From the NCBI GenBank assembly GCA_043228905.1, contig JBHGNT010000013.1, positions 12,462,001 through 12,526,000 of the forward strand: 64,000 bases of DNA, given 5' to 3'. The DNA is from Azolla caroliniana. Lineage: Eukaryota; Plantae; Polypodiophyta. Below, one piece after another: positions 24,301 to 33,813 of this stretch. How positions within the stretch are numbered: position 1 is the stretch's first letter; the number at the start of each line of letters is the position of its first letter. Below the pieces are notes generated by a model. It did not search any database. It saw nothing but the letters and a program-made list of their open reading frames with translations, and was not told where the DNA came from. Both the position numbers and the translations under genes were made by a program.

Positions 24301-26631
24301 CGACAGAGATCGGTTGAAGGATATAAGGACCCATCCGGCTGGAAGCCGGATGACACTCAAAGAACTGGCCGGAGTCGGACAAGAAACCGAACTGACCAAA
24401 GAAGAAGAAGAAGAATTAGACACCGAAACCGGACAAGACCCCGAATCGGATTCAAATGAAGAACAAACGGAGCAGTCGGTGGCCAAAGACCAAAGAAGAA
24501 GATATCCTCTCAAGGGGAGAAGAGCCCCCAGAGATTTCCGGATGCAGAGCATCTGTTGCTAACCGACGAGGGGGAGCCGGAAAGCTTCAAAGAAGCAAAG
24601 AAAGACACCCACATCCGCAAGTGGTTAAGTGCCATGCAGGATGAGATGGATTCCCTTCATGAGAACCACACATATGAATTGACGAAGTTGCCGAAAGGAA
24701 AGAGTGCACTCCAGGACAATTGGGTGTACAAGCTTAAACCGGGAGACGCCAGAAATCCACCAAGGTACAAGGCCCGCATTGTGGTGAAGGGCTTCGAGCA
24801 GAAGAAAGAAGTGGATTTCGATGAGATCTTCACCCCGGTAGTAAAGATGACATCCATCCAGACTATGTTGAGCATAACGGCAAGCATGGACCTCGAGGTA
24901 GAGCAAATAGACGTCAAGACGGCGTTCCTACATGACAACCTCGAAGAAGAGATCTACATGGAACAGCCAGAAGGATTCATCAAGAAAGGGTATGAGCACC
25001 TGGTATGCCGGTTGAAGAAGAGCTTATACGGACTAAAGCAAGATCCTTGGCAATGACACCAGAAGTTCAACTCCTTCATGACCGACCAAGGATACCACAA
25101 GATGCAGGCCGACCACTTCGTATTTATGAAGAAGTTCGATGAAGGAGACTTCTTGATACTACTGCTGTATGTGGACAACATGCTAATCGTCAGACGGGAC
25201 CGTATCAAAATCGGAATGCTGAAGAAGGCTTTGAGCCAGTCATTCGCAATGAAAGATATGGTTCCGGCGAGACAGATCCTAGGGATGCACATAATCTGGG
25301 ACTGGTCAAAGAAGCTATTGTGGTTGTCATAGGAGAAGTACGTGAAAAGGGTGCATCAACGGTTCAACATGTGGGATGCCAAACCGGTCGTGTCGACACT
25401 TCCAAGAAACTGCACGTTGTCCAGGAAGCAGAGCCCAAAGACAAAGGGAGAGAAGTCGGAGATAACAAAGATACCATATGCCTCTTCCATCAGGAGGTTG
25501 ATGTACGCAATGGTGTGTACCCGGACGAATATCGGATATGCTATCAGAGTGATCAGCCGGTTAATGAGCAATCCGGGAAGAGAACATTGGACCACGATCA
25601 AGTGGATACTCCGGTACTTGAAAGGCACCTCGAATATGTGCCTCCGATTCGGCTCAAGAAAACCCCAACTTGAAGGATTCACAAATTCGGATATGTCAGC
25701 TGATGCGGATACCAGCTGGCCTACATCCGAACATGTCATGACTTATGTAGGGTAAGTCGTATCATGGCAGTCGAGGTTGCAGAAGTCCATTGCACTATCG
25801 ACTACGGAAGCGGAGTACATGGCGGCTATAGTAGCTTGTAAAGAGGTAATTTGAATAAAGGATTTCATCGGAGAGCTAGGGATCCGGCAAGAGGAATTCC
25901 AGCTCTACTGCGACAATCAAAGTGCCATCCACCTCACGAAGAACGCGGCCTACCATTCCCGGACCAAGCACATCCAAAGAAGATATCACTAGCTCCGAGA
26001 GAAGGTAGAAGACAAAGAATTATTGCTGACAAAGATCCATACAAAGGAGAACAGGTCAGACATACTGACCAAGGTGTTGTCAGTCGACAAGCTGGACGTG
26101 TGCAGGAGACAGATCGGATTCCCATGCCGGAGTGAAGGGGGAGTTTGTTGGGAATTTGGTTCCTCCGGATGAGAACCGAAAACCGGATTGGATGGATCTG
26201 GTGTGAACCATATCCAGGGACATATCTATAAATATGTTTCTAGTGTGCCTATCATGGCCATATTTGTAAATAGTCCTAAAGTCATATAAGTATAAATATG
26301 ACTTAGGGCAATCACTTTGTAGAGGGTTGTTGTCATTATTTTGGTATAGACACACACACATACACACAAATACAAAAAGTTTTTCTGTTGTAACCGCCGG
26401 TTGGCGAAGACATAGGGCTCGAGGTCATTGCCTTTGAGTCTCGCATTGTATCCTCTTCTTATAGTGATAGTTGGAGTCTGTGGGCTCCCATGGTTTTTCC
26501 CTATTAGGGTTTTCCACGTTAACATCTTGTGTCCTCTCTGTTGTGTGTGTAAGTGTATTAATCTCCATTCCTGTTCTAGATCTTCCATTGAGTGTTTAAG
26601 ACTCGGTTGTGGCTGAGCCCATTTCCACACA
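21358..26631 (+). mobile_element. Decayed Copia G (relative of F); truncated 5' LTR 21358-21812, 3' LTR 26146-26631
   Basis: Two similar LTRs; mutated PBS TTGTATCAGAGC at 21816; PPT TGAAGGGGGAGTT at 26133-26145; pol fragments highly similar to F. Confidence 0.9.
21850..26135 (+). pseudogene. Copia G gag-pol with many stops, frameshifts and two tandem duplications
   Basis: ORF fragments 21841-26135 align in order with the F polyprotein. Confidence 0.9.
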
Positions 26632-27343
26632 AGAAGTCTATGGCTGTGTCGACCACAGAGGCAGAGTACATGGTTGTGGTAGAGGTTGGTAAAGAACTGA
26701 TTTGGATGAAGAATTTCCTTAGTGAACTAGGAATGAAGCAAGAGACATTCCTACTCCACCGTGATCATCAGAGTGCCATACATCTAGCCAAGAATCTTGT
26801 GTACCACTCCCGGACGAAGCACATATAGAGGAGGTATCACTGGTTGCAGGAGAAAGTGGATGATGGGGAGTTTACCCTTGTGAAGATCCATACTGACAAC
26901 AATGGATCCAACATGCTCATGAAGAACCTACTGATGGACAGACTCAGCGTTGTCGTGAAGATCCGTCACTACGCGCGGATCGTGAGGCGGAACCGCCGGG
27001 GTTCTGGACCAAAAGGATTTAGAGTCGATACAAGCTTTGGCGAGAAAGTACTTAAGATAGATTGGGAAAGAGAGAAGTTGAGATTACACGATTGATTTGA
27101 AAACGAATTTCTTCCTCTTAATTTTCATAAAAAAAACCGTGTTTTTCTCCTCCCCCTTCCCTCTTTTATAGATGCTCTCATGCATATGATGCATGTGAGG
27201 GTACAAGACATGCATAAATTGCATGTTTGCCATTTGGCGCTTAAGTATTACATGTGGTGCATGCTAACCATGTCACTCATTTTAGCACTCATGGATGAGA
27301 ATTTACATGTAAAAGTACAATGATAGAAATATAATTTCAACTA

Positions 27344-27414
27344 AATACTATGGCTTAATGGTAAGCCATTTCACTCCTAACTTGGAGGTGCAAGGTTCGA
27401 ATCCATACTTGCCC
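27344..27414 (+). other. tRNA-like / Pol III promoter cassette inside LTR I (second copy ~34215-34285; diverged copy ~21099-21170)
   Basis: A-box TGGCTTAATGG (27351-27361) with D-stem GGCT/AGCC; anticodon-loop-like CTCCTAA; B-box GGTTCGAATCC (27394-27404) at tRNA spacing. The acceptor stem does not pair. Confidence 0.65.
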
Positions 27415-28071
27415 TCCTTATATATGTATATATTTTTATATATTTATTTTATCTAGTCGCCGGTTCGCCGGATGCCGCCGCCAGATGCCGCCGCCGGATG
27501 CCGACACCGGATACCGGTGCCGCCGCCGCCGCCGGATACGGATGCCGCCGCCAGATACCGGTGCCGCATGCCGCCGCCGGATTGCGGTCGGATGCCGTCG
27601 GATCACCGGCTCCATCGCCGGTCCGGTTTTGGTTGGCCAAAACCCTTTTCGAGTAGCTAGCCACCTCCACTCTAAGTTCAAGTTACCTTGACCTCTCTAT
27701 GCTCCACACATAGACACAAAGATAATATCTTTTGCTCCACCTTATATATGATGAGAGCCGTATTTGTCGTGCCTATGTGGGATATCTCACAATTTTCTCT
27801 TTTCTTTTCACAAACTTTATACCCTCATATCTTGACATTTAGTTGTCCATTTCTCGTGTAATAAAGTGCATTCGAAACCTCCATCATTTTGTACTTAGAT
27901 ATTAAAAATGTTATCTCACAATTATTGTATTACATGATTCATACTCGATTTTGTACGTTTTATGGGATTTTCACACTATTGCCGAAAATCTTCACGACAT
28001 CCACCCCCACCAAACCGCACGTCCTCCGGTACGTGCCAAGAAGAGAAGAAGTGAGATTTCGGCTACGATGA

Positions 28072-31000
28072 TCAATTAGATTCCTCCATGTCTTCATTTT
28101 CATCCGGCCTATTATGTTCATCGTCGAGGTAATCGAGGTCAGGATCCTTGTCTTGTCTTTTCTTGAAAAGCTTTACTCTTTTTCCCGCAATGGGTACGGC
28201 CAACCTTGATCCGTCTAGTTCCGCAAGGTGGTATGTGGCATTATCGTTGGCACTTGTCACCACATACGGCCCGAACCATCTTCTTGCAAACTTCCTTGTT
28301 GTACTATGTTGATTGTCAAGGGTGCTGTCGTAGACCAAAACCCAATCCCCTTCTTCAATCTTCTTGGGACGAAGTCGATGCGTGTTGTCGAACCGAACTT
28401 TGTTCTTTACTCGAGCTGCCTTCATCATCTTTCGCGCTTTTTCTAAATCTTCAGGTCTTCTTTCAAGTTGCCTTATCTGCGCCGCTAATAACTCTTCTCG
28501 GCTCATCTCGTTCTCCCACGGTATCTCTACCCATGAGGCGATCGTCCTTTCGATGGGCATAATCGGCTTTGTCCATACATAAGCTCCGTCGGCATATACC
28601 CTGTCACCGAGCTATGTGTCGTTCTATCGGCCCACAAGGCATAGGGTAATAGTCGTGGCCAATTCCCGACTCGACCGTTGCATGCCCGTACGATGGCTTT
28701 AACGATAGGTCCATGCCCTCGCTCGATCTTCCCATTTGCTTTCGGATTGTAGGCAGTCGTGAGGGAGAGCTTCACGCCTAGTCTTTCGAAGAGCTCCGTC
28801 GCTTCGTGCGCGTCCAACTCCCCTCGTTCGGCCACTATCTTCCCTACACATCCATATCGGCAAACAACATCTTCAAGTAAAAATTTACAAACGGCTGAAG
28901 TCGTCTTATTTGTCAAGGCTCGTCCTTCCACTTGATTTGTCAAGTCTTCCCTTGCGAGCGCTAAGTACTTCATTTGTCCCACTCCCATTGGCATCGAGAC
29001 CAGATCCACCATCCATTTGAAGTGAATGGTGAGTGGGTATGTCGGCTTTAACTCATCACGATGACGTATATTTGAATATACTTGGCAAGTTTCGCATGTG
29101 GACACGAAATGGAGTACATCTTTGTACATGCTTGGCCACCAGTACTTCTCCTTCAACTTTTCGAACGTCGCCCATGTCCCTCTATGACCTGCCCAAGCAC
29201 TCTCGTGGAATTCGGTCATCAGCGTCTCTTGCTCTTCTTTCTTTACCACCACTCGACGTGGTATTCCTGTCCTTCTTTTTGGATGTCGCCAAAGGAATCC
29301 TCCCTTCAAGAAGTATCGATAAGCTTTCTTCCGGATTCGTAGGGCCTCCTCCTTTGTCAACGAAGCATCGGTCGTCAATGTTCTTAGGAATCTACCGATG
29401 AGTAACCACTCTCCTTCGTACTCGTTCTCATTGAAGGCGTGGAGGGTTTGCGTGTCCTGGTCTTCCGCCGACAAACGAGCCATCTTGAAGAAGTCGAGGG
29501 CGACATCTTCATCTTCCGAAACCATGTTACTTCCATTTGAAAATCTTGCCCTCGACAGCATGTCAGCCATGGCGTTCTTCGTCCCTGCGATGTGACGGAT
29601 CTCTGGGTTTAAAGACTTGATGTAGGCGATCCACCTTAGCATAGCAAGATCTGGGGTCGCACATCCCGAGACCATTCCGAGAATTGGGAGACAATCTGTC
29701 TCTATTATCACTTCTGATCCGATCAGGTAATCTTTGTCCGTCTTCACTGCCGACACAATACCCCAAAGTTCCCGCTTGACTTGGGCATATCTTTGTTGCC
29801 GTTCGCTGAGAACCTTTGCTCCGAACCGGAGGGCATATCGCGCACTATCTTCACCTTCTTGATTGATGACCCACCCGATTCCGGTTGGGCTCGTATCTAC
29901 GGTCACGTAAATTGGTTTCCCTTCGGCATAGTCGGCCTTCCTTAGTGCCGGAGCTTCAAGAAGCAGTTTCTTTAATCTTCGCATCGCCTCTGTGTGCTCG
30001 TCTCGCCATTCAAACTTTATTCTTTTCTTTAGTAGTCCATATAACGGTTCGGCGACATGAGCGTAGTGAGGAATCCATATATGATAAAACGTGCACGCTC
30101 CAAGGAACCTTCGAACCTCCGTTTGGTTTTCGCATTCTTCTTTCATGTCTTGGATTGCGTTCACTTTGGATGGCGAGGGCTTCCGGCCGTATGCTCCACA
30201 CAAGTGACCTACCACCAAGATCTCCGGTTGCCCGAATGCGGATTTTTCTCCCGAAAATGTCAAATTCGCATCTTCGAGCCTTTGAAGCACCTTCTCGCAA
30301 TCTTTCATATGATCCGCAACGAACTTTCTACAACCTTCCTTATCTTTCGATTCATCTTTCTCCTCATCCGAACATCCTTTTATCGGAATATCATCCAAGA
30401 ATGGCATCGTGATGTCCGGAATGCAATCCTTCAAGACTTTATTCATGGCATTCACCATATGAGCCACCGAGTTCGTTGCGCCTTGGGGTAAGGTACACAT
30501 CCGCACAAGCCCGATCGGAGTCCTCATGGTTGTAATGTCCCGACTGTCGATCGCCAACTGGAATTGGTCATATCCGGAGTAGAGATCGCCAATGGAGTAG
30601 ATGGACCGGCCCGCAAACGCTTCGGCAAATTCGTCCACGCTCGGACCGATTCCGGCATTTCGAATTGTCACCTTGTTGACGGGTTGAAGATCTTGGATGA
30701 ATCGCAATGATCCATTCTTTTTCGGCACCATGAACCACCTATTGGAATAAGGAGCATTCGACGGTTCTAGAATTCCCATACTCACCTTCTCCTTTAAGAG
30801 CTCGATCAACTTCGGAAGGTGTGCTCTCGGAACCGGTATCGGTTTCAAATTCCAAGGCACATGAGGCACCATGAAGATCACCATTGGCTCTATAACCTTT
30901 GGGTCGGCGCATCCGATTTCTCGTGGGAAGAATGCGAAAGCCTTCCCATGTCTCTCAAGCATATCACGAAACATTCGCTCCTCTTCAGGGAGAAGGAAAT

Positions 31001-31565
31001 CCTCCTTTCCAACTCGTAGCTTCCCCTTCGTCTCTTTGGTGAAGTCATGACCTATCTTCTTCGGATCTCTTAAGCTTGGATCGTTAGCGACTTCCTTCAT
31101 CTTTTGCCAGCTATCTTCCGGTAGCAGAACCGCAACTGGCTTGATCTTCTTATCCACTGTTTTATATTTCGTGTTGATGTTAGCTTCCTTCATCGAGATG
31201 CCACGACGGTATTCATCGATGATAGCGTACATGTTGACGGAGTTAACCGAAATCACACGTTGGTTGTGAAGATAGCTCAAGTCCACGACGTCCTTGATTT
31301 CGCCGATGGTGTCGTTAAATGAGGCTTCTTCCATAATATGAGTCACGAACTCCCCTTCTTCTATTATGTTCTCTTCTTTCAGCATCTTCTCAAATTCTTG
31401 TATCCGGTGCTTGTGCTTCTTGTCGGGTAGTACTAGTTTACATGCGCCACTAGGTGTGACACATGTTGCTTCTCCTTGCAATCCACGCACTCTTCTTTCT
31501 TGTGGGGTCTTGTGATTGCTCGGACTATTTGTGCCCCATGCTTCAATAGTCCGCTCAAAAAATCC
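28072..31565 (-). pseudogene. Pol (RT-RNase H-integrase) of Gypsy I, in the -1 frame; single 1-nt deletion near 28568
   Basis: DLYSGYDQF, LPQGATNS and FLDD RT; VDTSPTGIG RNase H; H..H..C..C, AYNPKANGKIER integrase. MYGQ|KPIMP is broken by a missing A, and the C-terminus (RWFGPY) continues in ORF 28072-28560. Confidence 0.9.
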
Positions 31566-33754
31566 GAGGATTCGCCTCCGAGACTATCTCGATTCCTTTC
31601 ATGATTGGCTCGCACCGTTAGGAATTGGACCGATCTTTGGTTGTCAAGACTCTTTATTCGTGCGAAGGCTGCTCCATTATCGAACACTTTGGTCTCCATC
31701 CGAGATGATGTGATATAAGGTTGCCCTAGGATGACAGGATGCGATGCCGATTCTTGTACGAAGAAGTGTTGATCCATCTCCACATCCCCGATCGTGACTT
31801 TGACATTGGGACAAGCTCCGTACAAGTCCTCCGTAGACTTTGTTGCCACGCGAATCTTCCATCCGTGGTTTGTATTGATTGGCCATCTTCCCTTTTTGTA
31901 GAAGTCGGTTGACATGAGGTTGATCTCCGAGCCGTGGTCGATCAAGGCTACGACGGTCTCTTTCTTCTCCCCGATCTTCACCGGCGTCTCCGTTGTCGCT
32001 CGTGCCCAATGAGGTCGAGTGTAGTGGTTGTCCACCATATCTTCATCGATTTCGTCTCTTGCCATCGTTATGGCATTCGTTTTTGCTTTTTGCGGCTTCT
32101 CTTCTTCCTCGTCCGATTGTTGTCTCTTTCTCTTTACAAGGTCCATGATCGTGTCATGGAACTCCTTCTTCCTAATGCCAAGCAATTCCCTCAAGGACAA
32201 AGTTACGTGGCTATCAAGAACTCGTTCTTCGAGAATCTTCTTTAGGTCCGTCGTCTGCTCTATGTCCGACCTTAGCTTATAGGTAGGTATGGTCCTTGTC
32301 CTCCGAGCGGGGTCTTCGACACCAACCTTCACGGGCCGAACCGTTTCTTCAACTCGTATGCTTGGCTCCCCTTTTCGGCTTGATTCTCGTTCCTCCGTTT
32401 GTAAAGGTCGACTCGTCTCCGCATCGTCCTTCTTTTTCACGTTCCTTGTTTCATGTCTTTTAGATGGGCCTTGCTCTTCTATTCTCTTTCTCTTTTCTTC
32501 GACGAACACCTCGTGGTTGTCGCACATCACCTCTGCGAGTATGGTGTTGTCATCCACCGGATCCAACCACCCGGTTATGCTTTGAACGCTTCGGTCTGCA
32601 AGCTCTACCTCGTTCGATGTGACTTTTCCCTTCTTCTCATATTCGAGAACGGAAGTCCAAAACTTTGCTCCCGCTCTAGCAGCTTCAGTCTTGTCTTTCC
32701 CGACTCTTATTCCGGCCGACGCAGCATAGTGCATCGCATCCACATGAGTCGCATCGGCATCCTCCATAGATTTCTTCATTCCTCCTCTTCCGAAATTCGC
32801 CCGTAGGGGTCTTCTAGTCTCGCTTGAGCAGATCATGTTGTCCTCTATGTATACGATATTTTGTCGAATCGCCTCTCGAAGGCTCGCACAATCCCTTCTC
32901 ATGTGGTCCATGCTATCGCACCACACGCATCTAAAGGGTTCTTTTCCTTTAGGGCCCCGACGATTCATGTTGGCTAGAGTGACCTTCTCGAACTTCTTCG
33001 CTAACTCTTCAATGATGTCGTCATCAATCTTCTTTTCTTCCACGTTACTTTGTCTTGGCGGCTCAGCTACTTTCGGCGGTCTTGCTTTCTCCGTGGTAGT
33101 CGGTCCCGTCAAGTCGGTGTCATCAACCCATTGGCGACGCTTGTCGAGCCTATTGCATGCCCGCTTCACCGCGATCCAGTCCGCTACGAGCCCATTTGCT
33201 TGGGTATCATCTTCGAGAAGAGTCCCCAACTCCCGTCTATCCTTTATGTCCACGGCCTTCAAGAAGTACAAAGTCTTGTCCTCTTCAAGCAATACTTGGT
33301 CCATATTGGGGAGACGACTAAACATCTGGTCGAATTCGTCGTACACCCTCGAGACGCTCATCTTCTTATTCTTCTTCTCTATCCACTTCATCAGGGCATG
33401 TCGAGTCATCCTCGTTGAGTCTTCAGTCACGAACTCCGCTAGTATCGTTTTCTCGAACTCGGACCATGTTGTCTTTCCTTCTTGAAGCTCGATGACGTGT
33501 CTTTGGATGTTGTTGGCGACAACTCTCTTGAAGCTTGCGATTTGACGTGCCTCGGACACGTCCCTTTGATTCATCTCCCTCTTATATGCATCAAGGAACT
33601 TCGTAACGTTCCTTCCATCGAATTGGCCCTCGAGCTCTACGACACGATCGACAGCCTTCTCCACGCTCGCGTCGTTGTCCCGAGATCTCATCATTTGCTC
33701 GACGATTAGCATCATCCTTTCGAGCTCTCCCGCTTGGTTGCTTGAGGACGCCAT
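31433..33754 (-). CDS. Gag-protease polyprotein of Gypsy I
   Basis: Open ~773-aa ORF with CVWCDSMDHMRRDC zinc knuckle and ALIDHGSEINLM...ILGQPY aspartic protease. Confidence 0.9.
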   Translation of the reverse strand: MASSSNQAGELERMMLIVEQMMRSRDNDASVEKAVDRVVELEGQFDGRNVTKFLDAYKREMNQRDVSEARQIASFKRVVANNIQRHVIELQEGKTTWSEFEKTILAEFVTEDSTRMTRHALMKWIEKKNKKMSVSRVYDEFDQMFSRLPNMDQVLLEEDKTLYFLKAVDIKDRRELGTLLEDDTQANGLVADWIAVKRACNRLDKRRQWVDDTDLTGPTTTEKARPPKVAEPPRQSNVEEKKIDDDIIEELAKKFEKVTLANMNRRGPKGKEPFRCVWCDSMDHMRRDCASLREAIRQNIVYIEDNMICSSETRRPLRANFGRGGMKKSMEDADATHVDAMHYAASAGIRVGKDKTEAARAGAKFWTSVLEYEKKGKVTSNEVELADRSVQSITGWLDPVDDNTILAEVMCDNHEVFVEEKRKRIEEQGPSKRHETRNVKKKDDAETSRPLQTEERESSRKGEPSIRVEETVRPVKVGVEDPARRTRTIPTYKLRSDIEQTTDLKKILEERVLDSHVTLSLRELLGIRKKEFHDTIMDLVKRKRQQSDEEEEKPQKAKTNAITMARDEIDEDMVDNHYTRPHWARATTETPVKIGEKKETVVALIDHGSEINLMSTDFYKKGRWPINTNHGWKIRVATKSTEDLYGACPNVKVTIGDVEMDQHFFVQESASHPVILGQPYITSSRMETKVFDNGAAFARIKSLDNQRSVQFLTVRANHERNRDSLGGESSDFLSGLLKHGAQIVRAITRPHKKEECVDCKEKQHVSHLVAHVN

Positions 33755-33795
33755 CTCCAAGTATTAATCTCGACTTGATCCTTCCTACCGCCTCC

Positions 33796-33813
33796 TTCAC
33801 GTCGGGTTCACCA
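33796..33813 (-). promoter_or_regulatory. tRNA-Trp primer-binding site of Gypsy I
   Basis: TGGTGAACCCGACGTGAA on the minus strand, 8 nt downstream of the 5' LTR. Confidence 0.85.

Noticed and set aside
27344-27414. Functional tRNA-Arg(CCT) gene
   Set aside because: Acceptor and anticodon stems do not pair, so it is reported only as a tRNA-like cassette.
31433-31490. GTG start for pol at 31490
   Set aside because: The frame is open further upstream to the slippery heptamer, so frameshift entry is the better explanation.
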